Program-made: the position numbers and the translations under genes
Notes under the pieces: generated by a model
The model's database searches: none
The model's input: only the letters and a program-made list of their open reading frames with translations
Told to the model about the DNA's origin: nothing
Virus record (IMG/VR): IMGVR_UViG_3300029374_000001
Span: 32,001 to 96,000 of that record
DNA: 64,000 nucleotides
Source of the DNA: a virus
Direction: 5' to 3' (one strand)
Part shown: positions 20,365 to 30,800 of the stretch, piece by piece
How the letters are laid out: every line of letters begins with the position of its first letter
Position numbering within the stretch: the first letter of the stretch is position 1

Positions 20365-21219
20365 TTATATTTCAAATTGATCAGCATACGTTGCCAGTTC
20401 GCCTCTATAGTTTTTAGTCAATACACATTCTTTAGCCCATTTCTTTTCACACATATATTTTATATATTTTTCAAAGGCTCCATTGGTGTTCTTGGTGTCT
20501 CTTTGTGCACTATGACCGGCCAATATAACTTTACAGTCATCATGAATTCTAGTCAATATTAATTTAAGACTGGATAGATCGCCATTCTGTGCTTCATCAA
20601 CAATAACTACAGATTTTTCTATATTTGTTCCTCTTAATCCAATATCTGTACACAATATAAATGATTGATTATTTCTTCCATAGTCTACATCCTCTGGACG
20701 TAAACCTAAGTCTTCGCATATATCGTAGAATGGTCTGAAGTATATACTCTCCTTTTCTAATTCTGACCCAGGCAAGAATCCTAACTTTAGAGAACGTAAG
20801 TCAGGAATTCGTATATAATAGACATGATTCATACATCCTTGTCTGAGCATTTCTAATGCTGCCATAATTCCAATATACGTTTTACCAGTTCCAGCAGGAC
20901 TGTTGATGCCAATAAACTTTAGATTCTTATCCATAATAGAATGATAATATTCTTTTTGATATACATCCAATTTAGAATAAGCTCTTCCTAAGATTTTGTC
21001 ATCCACATAAAAAGCTCCACCACTGTCTTTGCTACTGCCAGAATGTCTGTTATTCATTATAATACCAGCTCTCTTCCTATATAGAATTAAGTATTGTAAG
21101 AGGAATACTTTACTATATTGTTTATCAATCAAAACATGCATAGAATCTATAGATTTGAAGGTTTTTATAAAAATAAAAAGAACTAATAGTACAATTATAC
21201 CATAAGTATCTTTTATCAA
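20365..21219 (-). CDS. phoH: PhoH-family ATPase. The true start is probably the Met at 21057; the first 54 codons are hydrophobic and promoter-like
   Basis: Walker A 'GINSPAGTGKTYIG' and Walker B 'VVIVDEAQN', in the spacing typical of PhoH. Confidence 0.7.
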   Translation of the reverse strand: MIKDTYGIIVLLVLFIFIKTFKSIDSMHVLIDKQYSKVFLLQYLILYRKRAGIIMNNRHSGSSKDSGGAFYVDDKILGRAYSKLDVYQKEYYHSIMDKNLKFIGINSPAGTGKTYIGIMAALEMLRQGCMNHVYYIRIPDLRSLKLGFLPGSELEKESIYFRPFYDICEDLGLRPEDVDYGRNNQSFILCTDIGLRGTNIEKSVVIVDEAQNGDLSSLKLILTRIHDDCKVILAGHSAQRDTKNTNGAFEKYIKYMCEKKWAKECVLTKNYRGELATYADQFEI

Positions 21220-21248
21220 ATATCAAAATATATAAAATGATAATAGAG

Positions 21249-21276
21249 TCTCCATAGACCATATGGTCTATGGAGA
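21249..21276. terminator. hairpin TCTCCATAGACCATATGGTCTATGGAGA
   Basis: perfect palindrome. Confidence 0.5.
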
Positions 21277-21284
21277 ATTTTATA

Positions 21285-22049
21285 TTATACAATAATACTA
21301 TCCCAAATTGACTGCAATTCTGTTTTAGATAATTCTACGAAATCATCCTTATTCAGTTTCTTGTCTAATTCTGTATTGACCTGTGCTTTGGTATAATAAT
21401 TGGTAGCCTGATTTGTTGATACGACGGCAACCTTATTATCTACATACAACTTAATTCCCTTAGACTTAACGGGGTTATCAGAATTCTCTGTTGGATCATT
21501 ATCAAAGGTTAACTTATCTTGTTTGCCTGATATATCTTGATGTGTAGTCAAATAATTTTTATCATTAGTTAACTGAGATACTTTGGTAGGAATATCAGAT
21601 TTATCCGCCTTATTAGTATTTACTACGGCAATTTTATCGTCCACATATTTCTTAATTCCTTTAGACTTTACAGGATTATCGGAACTATCTGTAGGATCAT
21701 TATCGAACGTTAATTTATCCTGTTTACCAGAGATATCCTGATGAGTAGTTAAGAATCCAGCATCATTTGTCAATTGAGATGTTTTTGTTAAAATCTCAGA
21801 ACGATTGGCTTTATCAGAAATAGCAGCTGTTACATAAGTCTTTGTAGCATAATTGGTTAAATCAACTGTACCACTGGTTACTGTATCATCTACATACTTC
21901 TTGATGCCTTTGGATGTAACAGGATTTGTTGAGTTATCTGTAGGAGCCTCATCAAACGTTAATTTATTCTGCTTTGTATTAGCCAAATTGCCAATATTTC
22001 TAATTAAATCTTTAAGTCGTTCTTCGCCTATAAAATGTTGTTCTGCCAT
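21285..22049 (-). CDS. tail fibre protein with 3 tandem ~45-aa repeats 'ISGKQDKLTFDNDPT(D/E)(S/N)SDNPVKSKGIK(K/L)YVD'
   Basis: internal repeats visible in the translation; C-terminal 'LSKTELQSIWDSIIV' shared with paralogs. Confidence 0.6.
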   Translation of the reverse strand: MAEQHFIGEERLKDLIRNIGNLANTKQNKLTFDEAPTDNSTNPVTSKGIKKYVDDTVTSGTVDLTNYATKTYVTAAISDKANRSEILTKTSQLTNDAGFLTTHQDISGKQDKLTFDNDPTDSSDNPVKSKGIKKYVDDKIAVVNTNKADKSDIPTKVSQLTNDKNYLTTHQDISGKQDKLTFDNDPTENSDNPVKSKGIKLYVDNKVAVVSTNQATNYYTKAQVNTELDKKLNKDDFVELSKTELQSIWDSIIV

Positions 22050-22076
22050 AATATATTCCTTCTTCCTTTATTGTTT

Positions 22077-23393
22077 TTAACTAATAATGCTGTTCCAAAT
22101 AGATTCAAATTCTGATTTAGTCATCTCTTTAAATTCTCCAACCTGTACAGCTGCTATTTTACTATCTACTTCTGATTTATTATAATAATTAGAAATATTA
22201 ATAGCTTTCTTAGTATCGTCAATAGCTTTCCATACGCCACCAGAATATACAGGATTGCCAGAATCTTTAGTCGGATTTTCATCAAAAGTTAGTTTATCTT
22301 GTTTAGTAGCTATAGCTGCTGGCAAATCTGCTGTTTTCATATAGACACTTAATTCAGACTTATCTGCTTTAGCTTGTAATGCATTATAAATGCCTTTAGA
22401 CTTAACAGGATTATCTGATGTGGCACTAGGAGCATCATCCATTGCGCCAAATAAACTTAAATTATTAATAGCCGTAGTAATCGATGAATCTACATAAGAC
22501 TTAATTCCCTTAGACTTTACAGGATTATCAGAAGCAGCCGTAGGGGCTTCATCATATGTTAATTTGTCTTGTTTCAGAGTCAGCTTATTATTTACTTCTG
22601 TAGTCTTAGCATATTCTGCCAATTTAGCATCTACATCTGCTGGCTTAACATATTTCTTAAATTCATTAAAAATACCTTTAGACTTAACTGGATTATTTGA
22701 TAGGTCAGTAGGAACTTCATCAAAAGTCAATACGTCCTGTTTACCAGAAATATCTTGATGACTTGTTAAGAAACCCACATCATTGGTAAATTCAGATAAC
22801 TTTGTATGTAAGTCAGTCTTCTTAGCATAATCTTTAAATGTATTAAAGATACCTTTAGACTTAACAGGATTATCAGAATTCTCTGTGGGAGCATTATCAA
22901 AGGTCAACTTATCTTGTTTATTCTGTACTGCTGTAGATAATGCTGTCGTTGTTACCAGATTAGTTAATTCAGATTTATCTGCTTTAGTCTTAATTGCATT
23001 ATATACTCCACCGGATGTTACAGGATGCAATGAATTCTCTGTAGGAAGACTATCAAAGGTCAATATATCCTGTTTCAAAGCCAATGCAGATGTAACAGAA
23101 GAGTTCATAGCATAAGGAGTTAAAGCAGAAGTCAGTTCAGACTGTTTAACACAATTGGTCAATGCGTCATATACTCCATCAGATGTAATCAAGTTATTTG
23201 ATCCATCTGTAGGAGTACTATCTATACCGATAGTATTCATTTTACCATTTAATCTGGTATCTACTTCTGATTTATTATAATACTTATCTGCTAAATCTAC
23301 CACTTGAGAAGTTTCTGTTTCCGGATGTATTCCAGCAACCGTATTGTCTTTTAATCTGGTTTTTAATAATGCTTTCTTTTTTTTCATAGCCAT
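22077..23393 (-). CDS. tail fibre protein (438 aa) with ~7 copies of the same 'QDKLT(F/Y)D(E/N)xPTxxSxNPVKSKGI' repeat
   Basis: repeats; C-terminal 'MTKSEFESIWNSIIS'. Confidence 0.6.
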   Translation of the reverse strand: MAMKKKKALLKTRLKDNTVAGIHPETETSQVVDLADKYYNKSEVDTRLNGKMNTIGIDSTPTDGSNNLITSDGVYDALTNCVKQSELTSALTPYAMNSSVTSALALKQDILTFDSLPTENSLHPVTSGGVYNAIKTKADKSELTNLVTTTALSTAVQNKQDKLTFDNAPTENSDNPVKSKGIFNTFKDYAKKTDLHTKLSEFTNDVGFLTSHQDISGKQDVLTFDEVPTDLSNNPVKSKGIFNEFKKYVKPADVDAKLAEYAKTTEVNNKLTLKQDKLTYDEAPTAASDNPVKSKGIKSYVDSSITTAINNLSLFGAMDDAPSATSDNPVKSKGIYNALQAKADKSELSVYMKTADLPAAIATKQDKLTFDENPTKDSGNPVYSGGVWKAIDDTKKAINISNYYNKSEVDSKIAAVQVGEFKEMTKSEFESIWNSIIS

Positions 23394-23407
23394 TATTAAA
23401 TCTCCTT

Positions 23408-26245
23408 TTACTTCGTTTCAATCGTGATATAATCTAAATAATATCCTGGTTTAGGATCTATAGAAACGGTCAATTCTTTATTTCTCATTGTCTGATACTT
23501 AGTAGGAGAAATCTTAACATCATACCCATACAACGTAGATATTGCTCCTTCTACTTGAGACATCTCTACTGTACAAATATCAGCAGAAGCAGCTCCTGCA
23601 TCAATTGTAATATTTTCATTTAATTCTGTAATTGCATTGCCAACGATAGAATGTTTAACTCCATCTGCTCCAGTATAGTACAGTTTACCAGGAATATATC
23701 CAAGATCTCCTATTAGCAATACTTTCAGAGATCTCTTATATCCGACAGTAAATTCAATCTTACCATCCTTATTTGTTCTGGTAATGCCTTCTGTAACTAC
23801 TTTGATATATTGATGTACTGTGGGAAGTACAGTAACTTTATATCGTACTGTTTCGTTCAATGAAGCATAGATAATAATATCATGAGATACATCTATTTCT
23901 GTAATATTCAAAGTACCCTTATTAAATCCAGGTTTAACTTCTGTAATCTCTGCTTTAATATGAGGATATCTAGATGTAACGATAAATGAGTCTTCATGAT
24001 CTTCAACGATTCCATTGGCTTTATAATGATGAACCACAATCTTCTGGGTATCAGAATGAGCAATATTGACAGTATATTCTGCATAGGTTGCAGGAGTAGC
24101 GGTAATATATAAAATAGATCCAACAACTGCTTTAGATATATTCGGAGTTCCAGGGAAATGTGCATATGTTAATCCAGGTTTTGTAACCACTCTGACTTTT
24201 ATCAATGCATTTTCTGGAGCATCAAAAGAATCTTCATATGCTTTTCCATTCATATAGACAATAATCTTTTGATTAGTATACTTAGCAATATTAACTCTAT
24301 ACTTCTTAACTCCTTCAAATCTAGAAGCAATAGAATTCTCTTTATGCTCTGGAATATATCCATTATAATCTCTGGAGATTGTATCTAACATTCGAGGAAT
24401 AAAGTCTGTATTGATATCGTAGTAATGAGGAAATTTATCTTCAATGATATTATCAGAATCAATCAGTCTATTCATACCTTCGGGAATCTTCAGCATTGTA
24501 TTGATTCTAAGATCAGCAAATAGATAAGAGTTAACCATCTTTTCTGACTTAATAAGAACTTCTGCATCCCAATCTTTACAATACAGACGTCTCTTATCTA
24601 CATTATAGAAGTCCCACAGTGTTGTATATCCTTTAGGAGGTTTAAAGCTAAACGTTGTTTCTCCAAAGTTAAATTTACCAGCAGCTCTGCCAGTAAACGC
24701 ACCTTCATCATGAATAAAGAAATACGCATATTCTGTTCTACCATCTATTGATTTATTTACATCGACTGTAAATGGATTTCTGGGAGTAGATTTTGTAGGA
24801 AATTTTAATTTAGTAAAGTCTATTCCATCAATAATAACTTTCATTATATTATTGGCTAAGTCTAAGCATACGCCAATAACACTTCCCTGTTCAGGAGATA
24901 CAGAAGTTTCTATGTCTTCTAATACAAATAAATTATTAGCATTAGAATTCTGTAAGCCATCATTAATAATATGATACTGGAAATATCCAGCAGAATCTAA
25001 TAATCCGGTTTGAATAAATGGAGTTCCTCTATACAAATTCATTCGTATAGATTCTGTCATAATCGTTCCAGGATTAATCGCATTCATATATGTCGGAGAT
25101 ACAGCAGGATCTCTGGGTATAGAAGTAATACCCATAGACATCGGAATGCCTACTGTCTTTGGTTTTAATTGAGATTCTTTGACTGTATATTCAAAATAAA
25201 TCTTTTCTGTCTTAGGAATAGGATAATTGATATAAATATTAGATCCTACTAAATGAGAATTTGTATCTCCATAATCTGTAGTAGCTACAATACCCTCAGA
25301 AGCAGGCATCTTATATAACGTCTTATTGATAATATCTACTGTAGTAGAATCAGACACCAAAGAAATATTCTTGGCGATAGGATCTAATTCATTTTCTACA
25401 TGTACATCAGCATCTATATCTTTAGATAATAATTCAAAATTATCTCCAGTTATTGTTACCGTACATGGTTCATCCTTTGTGCCTATTTCTACAGGATCCA
25501 TTTCATGAGTAGCATACTTAGCATAATAAGCAGAATATAAAGATGTATACCCAGGAACAGGATGCTTTAATCCTGTCTCTCCAAAGTTACAATATCCTTT
25601 GATATGCTTTCTACCTTCTATGAACTCTATTCCAGATCTAAAGTTATTATCATCCGTAATTTGTTTGTAATAAATATCACTCCATATACAGAACCGCAAT
25701 CCTGTTTCTGTTTTCATATTAAACGGAGGATGGAATGAATAAAATGGCTTATTATAAGCAGGTTTTTCTGAGTCTGTAGTATAATTGACAAAGAATGTAA
25801 TCGTATTAGTTTTCAGATTTACTCCTACACCAATCGTGTCCATAATACCAGGTTTTCTACAGCCTACTTTTTCTTGTCCATCAGCATCTGTATAACTTCC
25901 ATCTATATATTGATGATATTCTACAGGAGCCCCATCATGATTAGACATGATGTCATACTTCGGATTCGATATATCATAATAAATTGACCCAACTGAGAAA
26001 GTTCCAGCTAATATTCCTGTAGAGATCTGTTTGCTTACACCTACATAAAGAGGAATATGCCTAAAATCGGCTATAGGATAATAATCCTGCACAGTGAACT
26101 CAAACATAGTCTTGTCTTTGATGGGTATATTACAAATCAGAAAGAATGGTTTATCCGAATCAAACTTGAGTCTGTCTCTGGATAACACATCATCATCTGC
26201 TACATAGCTGTTTATATCGTATGCACTCATATAAACACTCTTCAC
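23408..26245 (-). CDS. large virion structural protein (945 aa), baseplate or fibre candidate
   Basis: long ORF between the fibre genes and the amidase. Confidence 0.45.
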   Translation of the reverse strand: MKSVYMSAYDINSYVADDDVLSRDRLKFDSDKPFFLICNIPIKDKTMFEFTVQDYYPIADFRHIPLYVGVSKQISTGILAGTFSVGSIYYDISNPKYDIMSNHDGAPVEYHQYIDGSYTDADGQEKVGCRKPGIMDTIGVGVNLKTNTITFFVNYTTDSEKPAYNKPFYSFHPPFNMKTETGLRFCIWSDIYYKQITDDNNFRSGIEFIEGRKHIKGYCNFGETGLKHPVPGYTSLYSAYYAKYATHEMDPVEIGTKDEPCTVTITGDNFELLSKDIDADVHVENELDPIAKNISLVSDSTTVDIINKTLYKMPASEGIVATTDYGDTNSHLVGSNIYINYPIPKTEKIYFEYTVKESQLKPKTVGIPMSMGITSIPRDPAVSPTYMNAINPGTIMTESIRMNLYRGTPFIQTGLLDSAGYFQYHIINDGLQNSNANNLFVLEDIETSVSPEQGSVIGVCLDLANNIMKVIIDGIDFTKLKFPTKSTPRNPFTVDVNKSIDGRTEYAYFFIHDEGAFTGRAAGKFNFGETTFSFKPPKGYTTLWDFYNVDKRRLYCKDWDAEVLIKSEKMVNSYLFADLRINTMLKIPEGMNRLIDSDNIIEDKFPHYYDINTDFIPRMLDTISRDYNGYIPEHKENSIASRFEGVKKYRVNIAKYTNQKIIVYMNGKAYEDSFDAPENALIKVRVVTKPGLTYAHFPGTPNISKAVVGSILYITATPATYAEYTVNIAHSDTQKIVVHHYKANGIVEDHEDSFIVTSRYPHIKAEITEVKPGFNKGTLNITEIDVSHDIIIYASLNETVRYKVTVLPTVHQYIKVVTEGITRTNKDGKIEFTVGYKRSLKVLLIGDLGYIPGKLYYTGADGVKHSIVGNAITELNENITIDAGAASADICTVEMSQVEGAISTLYGYDVKISPTKYQTMRNKELTVSIDPKPGYYLDYITIETK

Positions 26246-26296
26246 GTTAGCTTAACCTCCTTTTTAAGAATTTATTATAATGTTTTATAAGGCATT

Positions 26297-26320
26297 CTCT
26301 ATCGGGATATCCCGATAGAG
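26297..26320. terminator. hairpin CTCTATCGGGATATCCCGATAGAG
   Basis: perfect palindrome downstream of the amidase gene. Confidence 0.5.
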
Positions 26321-26336
26321 AAGCTTATTTGAAGTT

Positions 26337-26927
26337 TTACTGGTTACTGTAGAATATAGCATTTCCTCGTAAGGTGTCTCCACCACTACGCCAAGCGTCA
26401 CCATCCTGAAGAACGGCAAGATCCCATCTTGTAATTCCATCAGCAGGTTGTGGATCAGACCATACAGCATATGGCTCATGAGGAGCAATATCATCTTCGT
26501 TGTTTGCTGCTTCACCATGAGTCATAACTCTGTTCTTATCTATAGTTAAGTCTAAAGCATGAGCTGCTTCGGCAATCAACATAGACATCGATTCAATCTG
26601 CGCTTCTGTAGGAGGACATGGTCCCAGATCATAAGTACCATCTTCATAACATACTGCATCGTATGCTGCACAAAGAGAGATAGACAATGATCCAGAATTT
26701 CTTCTATATGTAGAAGATACAGGAGAGAACAAATCCCCAGTATAAACGATGGTACCATCTCCTAAAATACAGAAATGGTAATCATCAAATGTAGCATCAT
26801 ATCCACCAGCTGTCCAATGAAGATAGATTTTAACATCTCTTCCATAGGCTCTGGCATTATCCCAAAGATAATCATAAGCATCAGAAATCAATGATTTCGC
26901 TTCTTCTAAACTTACTACCTGATACAA
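26337..26927 (-). CDS. N-acetylmuramoyl-L-alanine amidase (PGRP / T7-lysozyme-like Amidase_2). Endolysin or virion-associated lysin
   Basis: 'KIYLHWTAGGYD...YHFCILGDGTIVYTGDL', 'NSGSLSISLCAAYD', 'PTEAQIESMSMLIAEAAHALDLTIDKNRVMTHGE' follow the Amidase_2 zinc-ligand pattern. The gene is visibly less AT-rich than the flanking DNA. Confidence 0.65.
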   Translation of the reverse strand: MYQVVSLEEAKSLISDAYDYLWDNARAYGRDVKIYLHWTAGGYDATFDDYHFCILGDGTIVYTGDLFSPVSSTYRRNSGSLSISLCAAYDAVCYEDGTYDLGPCPPTEAQIESMSMLIAEAAHALDLTIDKNRVMTHGEAANNEDDIAPHEPYAVWSDPQPADGITRWDLAVLQDGDAWRSGGDTLRGNAIFYSNQ

Positions 26928-26929
26928 AC

Positions 26930-27274
26930 TTATTTCACCTCCAAAATCAAATTATAAAGAGCTTCCTTTAAAGATTGATATGTGGAGAATGTTAAGGTAT
27001 ATACAGCATCATGATCTTCTGTAGAAATAAATCGTATATTAGACTCTTTAGAATAGTTTCTATATAGAGTTGGATTCTCTTCTACAAATAAGATATTAGG
27101 ATACGTAAAGAATATATTAGAAGGAAACGTATTGATCAGATATTGATTGATCGATCGAATAATATCACTCAAATATAAATCATTATATTTTTTGAAGACA
27201 AATTTAATCCATACATATTCGTTTTGTTCATTACGTGCTTCTATATAAAAACACTTCATCTCAGCATTCTCCAC
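26930..27274 (-). CDS. hypothetical protein (114 aa)
   Basis: ORF. Confidence 0.4.
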   Translation of the reverse strand: MENAEMKCFYIEARNEQNEYVWIKFVFKKYNDLYLSDIIRSINQYLINTFPSNIFFTYPNILFVEENPTLYRNYSKESNIRFISTEDHDAVYTLTFSTYQSLKEALYNLILEVK

Positions 27275-27285
27275 ATAAACAAGTA

Positions 27286-27783
27286 TTAATTCATATTATT
27301 AATATTTTTTACATGATGCCAGAACTGCGGAGATTTAACAACCATCTGATCCGGAGGAGTTGGAGGAGCGGGGGCATTTTTAGCCGTAATCATTACGGTT
27401 ACTGCATTGATTTTGTATTTATTTTTTACAGAATCAAATGTAGCCCCAGTAACCTGATCGATTTCATATCCAGGTTTAGCCGTAATAGTAATGAATTCGT
27501 TGACTCTTGCTCCTGTAGGATTAACCTCGATTTTATCTGCCGGATATGTAATAGTTGCATGAGGTCCAGCATGCTCGATTTTTACATTCTTAGCATCGCA
27601 CTTATACAATGCACCAGATGCGCTAGCACCAGTAATAGATATGATTGCAAATCCAGGTTTAGGCAGAATTTTAACTTTCTGACCAACCTCTACTGTGGAT
27701 TCTACTCCAGTAGTAACAGGAGTTCCATTAAAAGTAACATCAACAAATGCCGAATCAAAGACAAACGTAACTTTATCAGCCAT
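27286..27783 (-). CDS. Ig-like domain protein (165 aa). Its Pro-rich/aromatic C-terminus resembles that of the giant fibre protein
   Basis: 'KILPKPGFAI...TITAKPGYEIDQVTGA' like the repeats of 27873..37499. C-terminal 'APAPPTPPDQ...FWHHV' resembles 'PTPPAPPPGSTHNAILWY' of the giant protein. Confidence 0.5.
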   Translation of the reverse strand: MADKVTFVFDSAFVDVTFNGTPVTTGVESTVEVGQKVKILPKPGFAIISITGASASGALYKCDAKNVKIEHAGPHATITYPADKIEVNPTGARVNEFITITAKPGYEIDQVTGATFDSVKNKYKINAVTVMITAKNAPAPPTPPDQMVVKSPQFWHHVKNINNMN

Positions 27784-27872
27784 CGTATTTTATTCCTTTC
27801 TGAATTAAAATAATTCTGAGCTATTAAGATTATACTCAATAGCTCAGACTGATTTACCATTTATTTTTCTTA

Positions 27873-30800
27873 TTATACTCCATCATAGAATAACGACTTC
27901 AAATACCAAAGAATAGCATTATGTGTCGATCCTGGAGGTGGAGCTGGAGGAGTTGGAATCTCTTCCACTTCTATAGTTACGCTTGCATTCGCAATCTTGT
28001 ATAACTTAGAAGGTTTACTTAATAGTTCAAGTCCTACTTTTTGTTTAAGTCTATATCCGGATTTAGGAATAACGGTAATAGTATCTCCAACGAACATGAG
28101 TGTATCGTTATCCAGAATAACTCGTCCAGAAGTAGCATCGGCAACGTCTACATGATCACCATCAATGATATGAATGGTAGCCGGTGGGAACTTGGCTTCT
28201 GCTTTAACAGTTATATTTGCCGTGGTGGCTTTGTAAATATTACCAGCAACTCGAGTAGCTCCGGTAACAATTATATCATACTTAGCCGCATTAGAAGCCA
28301 ACTTAAAGGATACAATGAAGTTTTCATCTTCATGAACCTTATCGGAGCACGGGAATACCGTAAGCTCTTCAGATGGTACAGAAGTAGTTACCACTTTAAG
28401 CAGATCTATAGAATCGTTGTTAATAGTAACAAATGGAATCAGAACAGCTTCGATCGTAACATTCTCATCCATAATCTTATAGATATTATTAGAAGCATCT
28501 TCTACAACTATACCAGTCAGTGGAAGCTTAAGCTTATATCCGTGTTTCGGAACAATCTTAAGTTTGTTTCCAACGAACTGAGAAGTATCTCCATTATGAA
28601 TAGCGACTCCGGCAGGTACTGTCGTTACATCTATATTTGTATCCCCAATAATATTGATTGTTGCAGGAACTGGTTTGAGTTCAGCACCAACTACGACATT
28701 GGAAGATGAAACTTTATACTTATGCTTATTACCCACGGTTGCTATGAATGTAGCACCTGTAACATTAAGATCATACTTGGGATCAAGCGAAGAATCAAAG
28801 AACGAGATAACAAACTCTTCATTCATATGCAGATGTGTAGAATCTGGGAATGTATTGAGAGTCTGTGCGCCCACTTCGATTTTAAGCAGAGCAGACTTCA
28901 AGTTATTAATAGTAACTGTTGGGTCTTCTTCAACATCGATGAATACTTCACGTTCAACGACCATGAACTTATTTGCTTCGGATGTAGCTTCTAATCCACG
29001 CAATAATGCAGGTTTCATATGCCAATATGATTTTGGAGTAATAGTGATGAATTGCGTTGTACTTACAGATGTATCTCCATCATGTAATTCTCTACCATCA
29101 TCTACGGCCTTAACTGTTACATGTTCTGCATGACCGATATGAATTGTAGCACTCAATACTTTTCGAGAAGCAGATACCGTAATATCAACCGCTCCTGCTT
29201 TATAGCTATATTCTTCTGTATTGGCTGTTGCACCTACTACAGAAATATCATATACAGGTTTCTGTGTAGCTTCATTTACATACTTAACATAGATATCCTG
29301 ATTCTGATGAACTTTATCGGTACACGGGAATACTGTAATACGTCCACCATTTCCTGGTTTGGTATAAACAGCCACAATATCCTGATTATTATTGTTGATA
29401 GTAATAAACGGCACCGGTTCAGCTTCGATAGTAACATCTACTGCTGTAATCTTATAGATACCATTATCTGCGTCTACTACAGTAGCACCTGCCACAGGTT
29501 TAAGTTTGTATTCCCATTTAGGAATAGCAACAATCTTAATCTGACTATCAATGCTTAACGTATTATCATTATTATGAATCGGAGTATTTTCTGGAACCTT
29601 AGTTACTTGAACATGAGTTTCATCGGGAATATGAATAACGACTTTACGAACAGCTTTAACAGTAATTGAATTAGCTGTAGGAGTGTACTGCTCTCCTGTA
29701 GTATGATTTGCACCAACAACAGATATTGTATACTGAGCAGCATCGGCAGGATCTTTGAATGTAACGCTAAACAATTGTCCCTCATGGAGTTTATCATTAC
29801 ATGGGAATGTATTGATTTCCATATCAGGATTAATTGTTTTTATGGTCAGAAGAGCCGTACTTTCATTATCGATGGTTATATATGGCACTTCTGTGCCAGT
29901 TACGACTACAGATGTCGTATTATCAATAACTCTATAAACCTCTATCAGATCGGTTGCTGCTGGATGATCAGGTATACGCTCTGCGCCAGTGACTGTAATT
30001 GTAACAAACCTGTTATTCTTGATAACTTTAAATACTTCTCCAACTGTAAATACATAAGCCGTTGTAATAGGACTATCATATATATTATAGCAACTATGTC
30101 CTACATTATTCGTAGTCAACTCAATCAGTTTATGCTTCGATTTAACCGTTACGTTATCCGCAGTTACTTTATATTTGTTTCCAGATACTAGCGTAGCATT
30201 GGTAGCAATCACATCGTAATAGTTGGCTTTATCTGCGACTTTGAAATCTACAGTAAACTCATCGTCTATATAAAGCTTATCAGAACACGGGAATGTTGTG
30301 ATTTCTTCTACAGGATCGACCGTCTTGATAGCCAGCATCTCTTTAGATAAATTATCGATTGTTATACGTTGTCCTCGAACATTTATGACAACCTCATCTG
30401 CAAATTTATCTACTAGATAATACGCATTAAGCTCATCGGTTCCGACATGTCCAGCATCAACATTTGCTCCTGTTACTGTATATTGTACGTTAGCATTCGT
30501 TTTCTGAATTTTGAAGTAACTGTTAGGATGTGCCGTAGAACCATTGGGCAGTGGCGAATCTGACGAATCGAATAAAGATACATATGATGTACCACCAACT
30601 ATTCTGATCGTAATGTTTCTTTTATAAGCAGAAATATGTACCGTATCTTCTTTTACAGTAAAGATTCCAGGGCTATGCGGTACTGCCCCCTCTACATCTA
30701 AATTGTAGTCGGTACTAGTATATGGAGATCTAAAATCAACACTGATATTAGCGCCCTTACGAACTTTATCAGAGCATGGGAATACTGTAAGTTCTTCTTC

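Noticed and set aside
27235-29558. Plus-strand ORFs 27235..27813, 28041..28709, 28654..29133, 29121..29558 and other 60-160 aa ORFs inside 27873..37499 and 57492..63434
   Set aside because: They are antisense artefacts inside giant repetitive minus-strand genes, a known effect of low-complexity coding repeats.
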